From an uncultured Chloroflexia bacterium (GTDB lineage Bacteria; Chloroflexota; Limnocylindria; Limnocylindrales; CSP1-4), in contig CAVTAW010000001.1 of the NCBI GenBank assembly GCA_963732805.1, positions 619,095 to 683,094 of the forward strand: DNA of 64,000 bases. Reading direction: 5' to 3'. Position 1 is the first letter of the stretch. Every line of letters starts with the position of its first letter. This document shows positions 11,085-20,231 of this stretch, piece after piece. The notes under the pieces were generated by a model. That model did not search any database. It was not told the origin of the DNA and was given only the letters and a program-made list of their open reading frames with translations. The position numbers were made by a program, and so were the translations under genes.

Positions 11085-11591
11085 TCAGGTCCGGCGGTCG
11101 GCGCCGCTTCCCGCATCCGCGGCGGCGAACGGCCCGCGATGCTCGTCGCCCGACTCGAACCCGCCCGCCCGGACGATGGCAACCAGGCGGACCACCGGAA
11201 TGCCTGCTGGGCGGGTGCCCGGCCTTCGGGCGCTCCAGAACGCGAGGTCGGCGGGCGAGCCCGGCTCGAGCCACGAGCTCGACGGCACCAGCTCGCTCCC
11301 GGTCAGCGCGCTCGCCACGTCCAGCGCCGGCGCGTCGGCGAGGGCCTCGCGGAGCCGGCGCTCGGCCAGGGCAGGGTCGTCGGGGAGCGGCGTGACCACG
11401 CAGCCGTCCAGATCGAGGAACACGGAATCGCCCCGCGAGATCGCCCGCACGGCGTCGTCGGCACCGATCGCCAGCACCCGATCGCCGGCCCACGCGATGG
11501 CGGTCGGCGCGGGTTCGCCGGGTTCGAGGGTACCGGTGAGCAGGATCCGCCCGCCGACGGCGACGATGTACTCGTGGGTCACGGACGCCAT
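11085..11591 (-). CDS. Amidohydrolase-like composite beta-sandwich domain protein lacking the catalytic barrel
   Basis: 168 aa. The N-terminal part (ILLTG...AIAWAGDRVLAIGADDAVRAISRGDSVFLDLDGCVVTP) and the C-terminal part (WLEPGSPADLAFW...VRLVAIVRAGGF) resemble the two halves of the small domain of amidohydrolase_3 enzymes. No HxH or barrel lies between them. Confidence 0.5.
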   Translation of the reverse strand: MASVTHEYIVAVGGRILLTGTLEPGEPAPTAIAWAGDRVLAIGADDAVRAISRGDSVFLDLDGCVVTPLPDDPALAERRLREALADAPALDVASALTGSELVPSSSWLEPGSPADLAFWSARRPGTRPAGIPVVRLVAIVRAGGFESGDEHRGPFAAADAGSGADRRT

Positions 11592-11625
11592 CGTAGGCGG
11601 ATCACCCGGGTGCCGTGACGCCCGG

Positions 11626-12303
11626 ATGGCCTACGATCCGAGCATGGAAACGCAGCCCCTGCGCGTGATCATCGCGGAGGACTCGGCGCTCATCCGCGAG
11701 GGCCTCTCACGCGTCATCACCGAGTCCGGCGACACGGTCGTGGCCAAGGTCGGAGACGGCCCCTCGTTCGTGGCAGCCGTCGTCGAGCACCGGCCCGACG
11801 TGTCCGTGGTGGACGTGAGGATGCCGCCCACGCAGCGCGACGAGGGGCTGCGCGCCGCGATCGAGGCTCGGCAGCGGGTGCCGGGCACGCCCGTGCTGGT
11901 GCTCAGCCAGTACGTGGAGCGGCAATATGCGACCGAGCTCCTCGCGGACCGGGCCGGTGGGGTCGGCTACCTGCTCAAGGACCGGGTGGCCGACATCCGG
12001 GAGTTCATGGAGGCGCTCCGCCGGGTCGCGCGGGGCGGGACGGCGCTCGACCCCGAGGTCGTGGCCCAGCTCATGGTGCCCCGCAACGCGGATGACCGGC
12101 TCCATTCGCTCACCCCGCGCGAGCGGGAGGTGCTGGCCGCGATGGCGGAGGGCCGGACCAACGTGGGGGTCGCCACCCTGCTGGGCATCTCCGAGGGCGC
12201 GACGGAGAAGCACATCAGCAACATCTTCGGCAAGCTCGAGCTGCCCGACTCGGAGAACGACCACCGGCGGGTGCTGGCGGTCCTGGCCTACCTGGGGTCC
12301 TGA
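11626..12303 (+). CDS. NarL/LuxR-family response regulator
   Basis: The start was moved to ATG 11626 (or 11644); the upstream 150 codons of the track ORF are Ser/Arg/Ala junk. Receiver LRVIIAEDSALIREGL...DVSVVDVRMPP...LVLSQY. HTH LTPREREVLAAMAEGRTNVGVATLLGISEGATEKHISNIFGKL. Confidence 0.9.
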   Translation: MAYDPSMETQPLRVIIAEDSALIREGLSRVITESGDTVVAKVGDGPSFVAAVVEHRPDVSVVDVRMPPTQRDEGLRAAIEARQRVPGTPVLVLSQYVERQYATELLADRAGGVGYLLKDRVADIREFMEALRRVARGGTALDPEVVAQLMVPRNADDRLHSLTPREREVLAAMAEGRTNVGVATLLGISEGATEKHISNIFGKLELPDSENDHRRVLAVLAYLGS

Positions 12304-13736
12304 TCCGGGGGCCGCCAGCCCGGGATGGCCGGCGGCGCCGGCGCGGCGGCCGTCGCGGCCCAGGGCGGCGCGGCGGCGGTGATCGCGGGACCCTCGATGG
12401 CCACCGGGATCTGCGCCCGCACCAGGGTCGGTCCGCCCGCGGGGCTGTCGACCGTCAGGGTGCCGTCGAGGGCCTCGACCCGTCCGGCCAGTCCGGCCAG
12501 CCCGCCCGTCGGCGCCACCGCCGCGCCGCCCCTGCCGTCGTCCCACACCTCCACGACGAGCCGGTCCGGCTCGCGCCGGCAGCGAACCTCGCAGCGCGTC
12601 GCCGAAGCGTGCTTGGCAACGTTCGCCAGCGCCTCGGCGACGACGAAGTAGGCGCCCCGCTCCACCGCGTCCGGCAGGCGCTCGCCCGCGGGTACCGTGC
12701 TCAGCACCACCGTGGACACGGGGCTCCGGCCGGCGAGCGCGCTCAGCGCGGGCACCAGCCCGCGATCGAGCAGGATCGCGGGCGCGATCCCGCGGACGAG
12801 ATTGCGCAGCTCGGCGAGCGCCAGCCGCGCCTGGTCCTGCGCCTCGATCACGAGCGCCCGGGCGGCACCCGGGTCCTTGTCGATCTGCTCGGCTGCCATG
12901 CCCAGGTCGATGGTCAGCATCACGAGGCGCTGCTGTGCCCCATCGTGGAGGTCCCGCTCGATGCGCCGGAGCTCGCTCGCCTCGACGTCGATGACCGCCT
13001 TCCGGCTGCCCTCCAGGGTCTGCACCCGTCGCGCCAGCAGCTGCTGCTGTGAATCGCACAGCAGGCCCTCGACGACCGCGCGATGCAGCGCGATGAGGCC
13101 GCGCGAGACCGACGCAGCGACCGGCAGCAGCAGCAGGCCCACGAGCCCGCCGATGAGGGCGATGCCGAGGGTCGACAGCGACAGCCCTGCCGTGCTGAAC
13201 GGGAGACCGGTGGTCGCCGCCCACAGCGGCAGCGCGAGCAGCCACAGCGCCAGCGTCCACAGGGTCACCGCGAACAGGAACTCGAGGACGGCGAGCGGAA
13301 ACGCGATGAACACGTACAGCACGTCGCGCCAGCGCGGCAGGTCGATGAACAGCGCGAACAGCAGGTCGCGAAGACCGCTGCCGTAGGGCCGGTACGCGTG
13401 CGCGCGAAGGGGCCGTGGATCGGCGAGCGAGACGCGCCAGCGCTCGATGGCGGCCACGACCCGGCTGGCCTCGATGGCCAGCGCGACGATCACGAGCCCG
13501 ACGCCGACCACGAGCAGCGAGGCGCCGACCGAGAACAGGCTGATGACGATCGTGAACGCCAGGAGCTCCACCCAGAACCCCACGAGGATCGCCGCGGTGG
13601 CGGCCCACGAGGCCGGGTGGAGCGGGGAGAGGAGGAACCGGCCCACCGCGCCCCGGTCCCGCTCCCGGACCCGGGCGCCGGCGAAGGCGCTCAGGACAAG
13701 GAGCAGGCCCAGGACGAGGGCCGGCGCGCCGATCAC
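12288..13736 (-). CDS. Membrane sensor histidine kinase, HisKA_3 (NarX/LiaS/DesK) type
   Basis: The start is set at GTG 13736, overlapping the PspC stop (GTGA). Several TM segments. H-box IERDLHDGAQQRLVML. ATPase boxes YFVVAEALANVAKHA, WDDGRGGA, GLAGLAGRVEALDGTL. Confidence 0.85.
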   Translation of the reverse strand: MIGAPALVLGLLLVLSAFAGARVRERDRGAVGRFLLSPLHPASWAATAAILVGFWVELLAFTIVISLFSVGASLLVVGVGLVIVALAIEASRVVAAIERWRVSLADPRPLRAHAYRPYGSGLRDLLFALFIDLPRWRDVLYVFIAFPLAVLEFLFAVTLWTLALWLLALPLWAATTGLPFSTAGLSLSTLGIALIGGLVGLLLLPVAASVSRGLIALHRAVVEGLLCDSQQQLLARRVQTLEGSRKAVIDVEASELRRIERDLHDGAQQRLVMLTIDLGMAAEQIDKDPGAARALVIEAQDQARLALAELRNLVRGIAPAILLDRGLVPALSALAGRSPVSTVVLSTVPAGERLPDAVERGAYFVVAEALANVAKHASATRCEVRCRREPDRLVVEVWDDGRGGAAVAPTGGLAGLAGRVEALDGTLTVDSPAGGPTLVRAQIPVAIEGPAITAAAPPWAATAAAPAPPAIPGWRPPDQDPR

Positions 13737-14248
13737 CGGTCGGCCGTGCTCCGGCGGTTCGTGCTGGCGATGACCAGCGCGACGCCGAGGGCGACCACGA
13801 ACGCGGGTCCCAGGATCCCGGAGGCGAACCAGCCGGGCATGACTGCGTTGACCAGCGCGATGGATCCGAACACGACCAGGAGGACCCCGAAGAACAGGCC
13901 CATGCGCCCTTCGCGCGGGCTGGTCGCGTGGCGGTGCGCCGGCGGAGCGACCCACCCGGGCACCGGCGTCCCGGTCCCGGCGGGCCCGCTCGCGGGATCC
14001 GTCGCGGTGCCGGCTGCTGCCCAGCTCGGATCGGTCGCGGCCGCGCCCTCGGGGAGCGGCTCGAGCGGGATGATCACGGCCAGGATGAGGTACAGCAGGA
14101 TCGTGATGCCGCCCAGGAAGATCGACAGGATCCACAGGATGCGGACGACCGTCGGGTCGACCTCGAAGTACTCCGCCATGCCGGAGGCAACCCCGGCGAG
14201 CTGCCGGTCGTGCCGGCAGCGATACAGGCGACGCGGGTTCATTTGCAC
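13733..14248 (-). CDS. PspC-domain membrane protein
   Basis: 171 aa. RLYRCRHDRQLAGVASGMAEYFEVDPTVVRILWILSIFLGGITILLYLILAVIIP is a canonical PspC domain, followed by two further TM segments. Confidence 0.85.
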   Translation of the reverse strand: MQMNPRRLYRCRHDRQLAGVASGMAEYFEVDPTVVRILWILSIFLGGITILLYLILAVIIPLEPLPEGAAATDPSWAAAGTATDPASGPAGTGTPVPGWVAPPAHRHATSPREGRMGLFFGVLLVVFGSIALVNAVMPGWFASGILGPAFVVALGVALVIASTNRRSTADR

Positions 14249-15195
14249 CCTCCCTTGGGGTTGACGTCCACGCTAGCAAGCGTGGCCTTCACGGTCACGT
14301 CGGCGTGGTGACTTGCGGTTGCATAGCCAGGGCTTTCCCAGGCATCCCCGTTGCGCACGAGGCCGGCGAGATCGCTGGCGATGAGCGTTCCATGGCTGTT
14401 GACCCTGAGGCCGGTCCCGTCGGCAACGCAGACCCGGAGCGCCCCGGCGTTGACGGTGGCGTCCGCGGCCACGTCGCTGCCGGACGGCAGGCTGATCGCG
14501 ACCGCCGCGGCGTTGGCGGTCAGCGACACGCGGTCGACCGCGGCGGCCGACAGGTCAACGTGGGCATCGGCGGCATTGACGTCCAGCCGAAGGTCCCCCA
14601 GCGTCGCGCCGGCGAGGTCCAGCCGTCCGCTGCCGGCATTGATGCTGATCGACAGATCGAGCCTGGCATCGCCCGGCAGGGCGATCCGCCACACGTCGGT
14701 GCCGTGCATCCCGAACGCCCGGGTGCGATCGGCCGAGGCGACGGACAGGCCGTCCGGCGTGGACCTGATCATCGGGACAGGGACGCCGGTATCGCCGGTC
14801 TGGACCTGCCAGCTGTGGCCGGGCGCGGTGGTGACGTCGAGCTCGCCACAGTTGAGCTCGAGGTTGACCGCCGCCGCGTCCCCGAACGTGCCCACCTGCG
14901 TGGCGAAGCTTGCCGGCTGCACGTCCCCGCAGCCCGGCGAGAAGTCCGGCACGGCAACGATCATGCCCCCCAGCAGCAGGCCGGGAACGGCCGCGGCGAG
15001 CACGCCACCCGCGGTCGCGAAGCGGGAGCGGCGCACGAGCAGCCCGATCCCGATGGCGATCACGGCGAGCGGCCACAGGCGCAGCGCCTGGCTGATCGTG
15101 TCGTCCGCGGCCGAGCTGCCCTGCGCGACCAGCAGCACGCCGCCCAATGCGACGAAGAACGCCCCCACATACAGCAGCTTGCGATGTACCCTCAT
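14239..15195 (-). CDS. LiaF-like / toastrack (DUF4097-DUF2154-like) membrane-anchored protein
   Basis: Internal ATG 15195 behind GGAGACAGG. N-terminal TM helices (LLYVGAFFVALGGVLLVA, LWPLAVIAIGIGLLV, VLAAAVPGLLLGGMIVAV), then repetitive beta-strand units (ARLDLSISINAGSGRLDLAGATLGDLRLDVNAADAHVDLSAAAVDRVSLTANAAAVAISL). The stop overlaps the PspC start. Confidence 0.7.
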   Translation of the reverse strand: MRVHRKLLYVGAFFVALGGVLLVAQGSSAADDTISQALRLWPLAVIAIGIGLLVRRSRFATAGGVLAAAVPGLLLGGMIVAVPDFSPGCGDVQPASFATQVGTFGDAAAVNLELNCGELDVTTAPGHSWQVQTGDTGVPVPMIRSTPDGLSVASADRTRAFGMHGTDVWRIALPGDARLDLSISINAGSGRLDLAGATLGDLRLDVNAADAHVDLSAAAVDRVSLTANAAAVAISLPSGSDVAADATVNAGALRVCVADGTGLRVNSHGTLIASDLAGLVRNGDAWESPGYATASHHADVTVKATLASVDVNPKGGCK

Positions 15196-15506
15196 CGGTT
15201 CCTGTCTCCGGATCGCGGTGGGCCGCCATCGCGGCCCCCGGTTTGATCCCTTCACGTGCCAGGCGGCCCGGTGCCGCCGGTTGCGGGACACGGCGGGTCG
15301 CGATCGATGGGTCAACCGTAGGCACGCGGGGTGCCGTCAACCAGCCGGGCACCCGGCGTCTTCGAGGTGGGGCTAGCCCCCTGCGAACCGTGGGGCAGGC
15401 CGCAATGGGCGTCACATCGGTGGGTCCGGGTGGCGCCCGACGCCGGCAGGCGGCGGGTCGGAGGGACCGGCTCAGGCGGTCGCGTCGCGCTCGGCCGCGG
15501 ACCGGT

Positions 15507-16841
15507 TCAGCGGGCCGGCGGCGCGTCCGCGGGCGCCGCGTCGCCGAACGCCCAGGTCGATCCCCCCGCCTCGTCGTGTACCTCGATCCCGGTCTCTGTC
15601 AGCCGGTCGCGGATCCGGTCGGCGGTCGCCCAGTCGCGGGCGGACCGCGCCTGCGTGCGCAGCTCGACGAGCAGCGTCACGAGCGGGGCCACCGTGGTCA
15701 TCGGATCCCGCGACCCGACTGCGGCCCGTTCGCCGAGGCGGGCGATCAGCGATCGGAACGTCGCGTCCGCGTTGTCGAGGTCCGGGCTGTCCTCGCCCGC
15801 CCGGATCCGGGCGGCGATGGCCGAGTCGAGCTCCAGCAGCGCCTCCACCGCACCCCGGACATCGCCGCCGTCGAGGGACGCGATGAACGCCCCCTCCTGC
15901 TCCGCCATCGCATCCCGCAGGGGAGCCGCGGGCCGGGGGGCGTGGCCGGGCAGCGCGCCGCGCAGGGCACCCATGCGGGCCGTGTCACCCGGTCCGCCTC
16001 GATCGGCGTCCTCGGCGTCCCCGGCCAGGAGCGCCCGCGCGATATCGCCCAGCGTCGAGATCGGCAGCTCGGTGGCGCTCTCGAAGAACCGGCTGCGCCC
16101 TGCGACCCGCACCGTCACCCCGCCCAGGCCGGCGATCGAGGCCAAGCCGCGCTCGAGGTCCATGATGAGCGCCGTGTGGCTGTCCACGCCCAGGATGAAC
16201 GCCCCGTCGGGAAGGGCGCGTTCCAGGATCCGGATCCGGCGCTCGCCCATGTAGCAGAAGCGCGTGTCGTGGTTGCCGCCCTCGGCATTGTCGTAGTGGG
16301 GAACGACCGCGGCCCGCAGGCCGGTTGCCGCGCCGAGCAGGTCGAGGCCGTCCAGCCAGTGCGGCTCCTCGCCCACCTTGTAGATCTCGTAGACGGGGAT
16401 CGTCACCAGGCCCAGCGTGAGGGCCGCCGCGCTGGCCATGGTCACGATGCCGCCGTCGGACAGCTTGCTCCCGAGGACGTCCGGGATCGGGCCGCCCAGC
16501 CACTGTCGCAGCGCGTAGCTCGGGCTGCCCGGTCCGGCCATCACGTAGCGGGCCTCGCGCAGCCGGGCGACCGCCGTGGCCAGGGTCAGCCCGTCGGTCT
16601 CTCGCGAGCGCAGGGAGGCGACCGCCACCGGCCGTCCCACGCTGGTCGCGAAGAACTCGACGGTGCGCGCGCTGAGCTCGTCGGCGTTCTCCTGGAAGCC
16701 GTACGGCGTGTCGAGGATCGCACCCGGCACCGGGCCGTCCCCGAAGCGCTCGAACAGCGTGCGGTGGACCTTGGCCATCGTGGGCGCCGTCTCGCCCGAG
16801 CCCATGATCGCGAGCAGCCGCGGTCCGCTCATGCGAGCCAT
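15507..16841 (-). CDS. Unassigned protein ending in a CysRS/MshC-like C-terminal tail
   Basis: 444 aa. An alternative start at ATG 16832 overlaps the upstream stop as ATGA. The C-terminus ARDWATADRIRDRLTETGIEVHDEAGGSTW matches the characteristic CysRS tail. No HIGH or KMSKS motif. The N-terminal fold call (GATase1/S51-like) is tentative. Confidence 0.6.
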   Translation of the reverse strand: MARMSGPRLLAIMGSGETAPTMAKVHRTLFERFGDGPVPGAILDTPYGFQENADELSARTVEFFATSVGRPVAVASLRSRETDGLTLATAVARLREARYVMAGPGSPSYALRQWLGGPIPDVLGSKLSDGGIVTMASAAALTLGLVTIPVYEIYKVGEEPHWLDGLDLLGAATGLRAAVVPHYDNAEGGNHDTRFCYMGERRIRILERALPDGAFILGVDSHTALIMDLERGLASIAGLGGVTVRVAGRSRFFESATELPISTLGDIARALLAGDAEDADRGGPGDTARMGALRGALPGHAPRPAAPLRDAMAEQEGAFIASLDGGDVRGAVEALLELDSAIAARIRAGEDSPDLDNADATFRSLIARLGERAAVGSRDPMTTVAPLVTLLVELRTQARSARDWATADRIRDRLTETGIEVHDEAGGSTWAFGDAAPADAPPAR

Positions 16842-17707
16842 CCGTCGGCGACCGCGTCATGCATCTCCCGGGCGAGCTTGTCGGGGTGCTGCGCCTGGAC
16901 GTCATGGTCGGCATGGAACCAGCGGACCCGCGCGCGAGGGATCGCCGCAACGGCAGCGTCGATCGCGATCCGCTTCCCCGACGTGCCGTGAGGGTCGCCG
17001 GTGTCGGCCGGGACCAGCAGGACGGGGACAGCCAGCTCCGGGAACCGTGCCGAGGGGTGGTGGTCCCAGAGGCCACGGAGGACCGCGATGTGGCGCTCGT
17101 AGGTGAGCCACGGGGCCACGGTCCCGTCCGGCCGCAGCTCGAAGTTGGCGAGCGTCCCCTGGATCCCGGTCTCCGGCCAGTCGGGGTGCGCCGCGCGGAT
17201 GTGGCGCTCGATCTCCGTCATCGGCCGGCCGACGAGGCGCGGGGGCGCCAGCGCCCGGCGGCAGGCCTCCCAGTCGGGAAACGTCCGGCTGGGCTCGAGC
17301 CAGCCGCCGTCCACGCACACGATCCCGCGCACGGCGCCCGGATGGCGCGCCGCCAGCTCGACGGCCACGTTGCCGCCCCATGACTGGCCGGCAACGACGG
17401 GTCGGTCCAGGGCCAGGGCGTCGATCACGGCAGCCACGTCGTCGGCCACGCGCGGCACGTCGTAGGGGCCGTCCGGCTTGGACGAGCGACCGTGACCGCG
17501 CAGGTCCAGGGTGACCACGGGGTGCCCGAACGCGACCAGGGCCGACGCGACGCCATCCCACAGGCGCGCGTTCGACGCCAGCCCGTGGACGAGCACGAAC
17601 GGCACGGCCGCGCCGGTGCGTTCGGCCGGACCGTCACCTTCGGCCGGGGCCCACGTGTCGGCTGCCAGCTCGACGTCCCGGTCGATCGGGATCCGATCGG
17701 TGCGCAT
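16829..17707 (-). CDS. Alpha/beta-fold hydrolase
   Basis: Internal ATG 17707 (MRTDRIPIDRDVEL). FVLVHGLASNARLW, nucleophile elbow VVAGQSWGG, C-terminal FHADHDVQAQHP. Confidence 0.8.
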   Translation of the reverse strand: MRTDRIPIDRDVELAADTWAPAEGDGPAERTGAAVPFVLVHGLASNARLWDGVASALVAFGHPVVTLDLRGHGRSSKPDGPYDVPRVADDVAAVIDALALDRPVVAGQSWGGNVAVELAARHPGAVRGIVCVDGGWLEPSRTFPDWEACRRALAPPRLVGRPMTEIERHIRAAHPDWPETGIQGTLANFELRPDGTVAPWLTYERHIAVLRGLWDHHPSARFPELAVPVLLVPADTGDPHGTSGKRIAIDAAVAAIPRARVRWFHADHDVQAQHPDKLAREMHDAVADGWLA

Positions 17708-17753
17708 GCGCGGATGGTACCGGCGGACGGACGCCGGCCCCGGAACGGCGAAC

Positions 17754-18779
17754 CTACCGGGTGACGCCGGCCGTCGGCGCGTGGACCGGACCCCGTCCCG
17801 CACCGGTCGCCGCCACCGCGCGACCGATCTCGACCAGCTCCTGCTCGGTCAGCACGATGCGCCCGCCCTCGATCCAGCCATCGATCTGCTCGGGGCTGCG
17901 CCCACCGACGATGGCGCCCGTCACGCCCGGCCACGCGAGCACCCAGCCCAACGCGATCGCGGACACCGTCGTGCCTCGACGTCGTGCGATCGGCCGCAGG
18001 GCATCCCGCAGGGCGATGTTCCGGCTCAGCTCGGGGACGCTGAAGGCGGACGAGCCACGCCGCCAGTCGTCGCCGGCCATGGCGGCCAGGCGCGCCAGCG
18101 AGAACGAGTCCGTGAGGATCCCCGATCCCATCGGGCTGTAGACGATGACGCCGGTGCCGTGGCCCTGCGCCCAGGGGATGACGTCGCCGCCGGCGTCGCG
18201 CCGGATCAGCGAGAACGGCGGCTGGAGCGATGCGACGTGGCCGACTGCCTCGGCCGCGTCGAGCAGCGCAACGGGGAAGTTGCACACGCCGCGGGCACGG
18301 ATCTTCCCCTCGTCGACGAGGCGACCCATCTCGGCCCACGAGTCCTCCAGCGGCGTGCCGATCGCATCCGGCCAGTGGAACTGGTAGAGGTCGATGCGCT
18401 CGATGCCGAGCCGGACCAGCGACGCCTCGACCTCTCGCCGGATCGACGCCGGGCGGAGGTTTCGCTCCGGCTCCTCGTAGGGACGCGCCCGGTCGGCGAT
18501 CATGCCGCCTTTCGTGAACACGTATGGCCGGTCGTCGGCGGGGATCTCGCGCAGGGCGCGGCCCACGACCTCCTCCGAGTGGCCGAGGCCGTAGACGGCG
18601 GCGGTGTCGATCCAGTTCACGCCGAGGTCAACGGCGTGCCGGATGGCCGCGACCGACACGGCGTCATCCTGGGGACCCCAGCCGTAGGCCCAGCCGCCGC
18701 CACCGACGGCCCAGGCGCCGAAGCCGAGGGTGGTGATCTCGAGCTCCGTGGTCCCGAGCTGGCGCGTGGTCAATGACAT
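17754..18779 (-). CDS. Aldo/keto reductase
   Basis: 341 aa. LGFGAWAVGG...AIRHAVDLGVNWIDTAAVYGLGHSEEVVGRAL...IDLYQFHWPD is typical of the AKR family. Confidence 0.85.
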   Translation of the reverse strand: MSLTTRQLGTTELEITTLGFGAWAVGGGGWAYGWGPQDDAVSVAAIRHAVDLGVNWIDTAAVYGLGHSEEVVGRALREIPADDRPYVFTKGGMIADRARPYEEPERNLRPASIRREVEASLVRLGIERIDLYQFHWPDAIGTPLEDSWAEMGRLVDEGKIRARGVCNFPVALLDAAEAVGHVASLQPPFSLIRRDAGGDVIPWAQGHGTGVIVYSPMGSGILTDSFSLARLAAMAGDDWRRGSSAFSVPELSRNIALRDALRPIARRRGTTVSAIALGWVLAWPGVTGAIVGGRSPEQIDGWIEGGRIVLTEQELVEIGRAVAATGAGRGPVHAPTAGVTR

Positions 18780-19060
18780 CGAGATTTCCCTTCGTCGTGC
18801 ATGTCGCGATTCTCCCCGGGCCCGCAGGACGCGCCGTAGAGGCGAATGACCCGGTCGGGGGCGAGCTGGTCACGCGCGGCCGGGGACCGTCGTCCTCCAG
18901 GTGACGGGCGCTGGGGAGACGGGCTGCGGCGCCGGTGGGGGAGCCTGGATCGGTGCGTCCTGACCGACGGCCCTTGGCCCGGGCGGGGCCCGGGCGCGAC
19001 CATCGGCACGGAGGGCCGGGAACCGGCTCCGCCGAAGCCGTGCCTGACCAGGAGCGTGTC

Positions 19061-19606
19061 ATGTTCGTCCTCGTCGCCTACGCCACCCGACACGGCGCCA
19101 CGCGCGGGATCGCCGAGCGGATCGCCTCGACGCTGCTGGCCGCGGGCGTCCCCGCCGAGGCGCGACCGTGCTCGGAGATCCGCGACCCGTCGGCCTACGA
19201 TGCCTTCGTCATCGGGGGAGCGGCGTACATGTTCCACTGGCACCGGGACGCGGCGCGCTTCGTGCGTCGCCACCGGGCCTTGCTGGCCACACGGCCGGTC
19301 TGGCTGTTCAGCAGCGGCCCGCTGGGCGACGAGCCGACGGACGACAAGGGCAACGACCTCCGCCGGGCCTCCATCCCGCGCGAGATCCCGGAGCTGGCCG
19401 AGGCGGTGCACGCGCGCGATCACCACGTCTTCTTCGGTGCGTACTCGCGTGAGCAGAAGCCGATCGGGCTCGGCGAGCGGTTCGTCGCGCTGCTGCCCGC
19501 AACCCGGGACGCGATGCCCGACGGGGACTTCCGTGACTGGCCCGAGATCGAGGGCTGGGCCGCCGGGATCGCCGCCCAGCTGCAGGCGGCGGGTGTCGCC
19601 CGGTGA
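19061..19606 (+). CDS. Flavodoxin-domain protein (HemG-like)
   Basis: ATG 19061 behind GGAG. MFVLVAYATRHGATRGIAERIA...YDAFVIGGAAYMFHWHRDAARFVRRH is the flavodoxin_5/HemG pattern. Confidence 0.7.
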   Translation: MFVLVAYATRHGATRGIAERIASTLLAAGVPAEARPCSEIRDPSAYDAFVIGGAAYMFHWHRDAARFVRRHRALLATRPVWLFSSGPLGDEPTDDKGNDLRRASIPREIPELAEAVHARDHHVFFGAYSREQKPIGLGERFVALLPATRDAMPDGDFRDWPEIEGWAAGIAAQLQAAGVAR

Positions 19607-20112
19607 GATCTGACGCTCATCCTGCCGGCACCTCCGGGCCCGGCGCGGCCCAGCCGCGGATCACCCGCCGGGAGCGGGTCGCGCTGTTCGTGCACCGCGG
19701 GCTCGACCGCTGGCTGACCCCGCCGGGGGTCTGGGTCTTCCGCCGCTCGAAGGGCGGGATCGCGACACCGTGGCACGTGGACGCACTGCTGCTGACCACC
19801 CGTGGGCGCCGGTCGGGTCGGGATCGCACGGTCGTGCTCCAGTTCTTCCCAGACGGCGACGCGATGATCCTCGCCGCCGCCAACGATGGCGGCGCCGCGC
19901 ATCCGGGCTGGTACTTCAACCTGGTGGCGAACCCCAGCGCCCGGGTCGAGGTGTCGGGCCGATCGACCCCGGTCCACGCCTCCGTGCTGGCGGCCGACGA
20001 GGCGGCTACCTGGTGGCAGCGGATCGTGCGTCGCGACCCGAGCTACGAGCGCTATGCGCGCGCGGCGGCCGGCCGATCGATCCCGATCGTGCGTCTCGAC
20101 CGCATCGCCTGA
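19603..20112 (+). CDS. Deazaflavin (F420)-dependent nitroreductase-family protein (Ddn-like)
   Basis: GTG 19603 overlaps the flavodoxin stop (GTGA). LLLTTRGRRSGRDRTVVLQFFPDGDAMILAAANDGGAAHPGWYFNLVANP...IPIVRL is typical of this family. Confidence 0.8.
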   Translation: MRSDAHPAGTSGPGAAQPRITRRERVALFVHRGLDRWLTPPGVWVFRRSKGGIATPWHVDALLLTTRGRRSGRDRTVVLQFFPDGDAMILAAANDGGAAHPGWYFNLVANPSARVEVSGRSTPVHASVLAADEAATWWQRIVRRDPSYERYARAAAGRSIPIVRLDRIA

Positions 20113-20231
20113 GCAGCACGGCTCCGGGATCGCGGCGCGCGGCAGATCTGCCCGTTCAGGCATGGGAACGTGCCCGAGCCCCGCGCCCCCCGGGGTGGAG
20201 GCTTGGGGCGCTGGGCGATCCAGGAGGGAGC

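Noticed and set aside
12288-14279. N-terminal 181 residues of the 663-aa kinase ORF, and similar long N-terminal extensions of ORFs at 933..3704, 4163..6754, 11176..12303, 19770..21164, 39713..42448 and 51959..53653
   Set aside because: The extensions are compositionally junk and overlap better-supported upstream genes. Internal starts with Shine-Dalgarno sites or ATGA/GTGA coupling fit better.
18780-19060. 280-bp untranslated region upstream of the flavodoxin / F420-nitroreductase pair, with a long imperfect hairpin (ggcacgg...ccgtgcc, about 19005-19044) abutting the RBS
   Set aside because: No recognisable riboswitch core (FMN, ZTP and others were checked by eye). It may simply be a divergent promoter region with a structured leader, and there is not enough evidence to call a feature.
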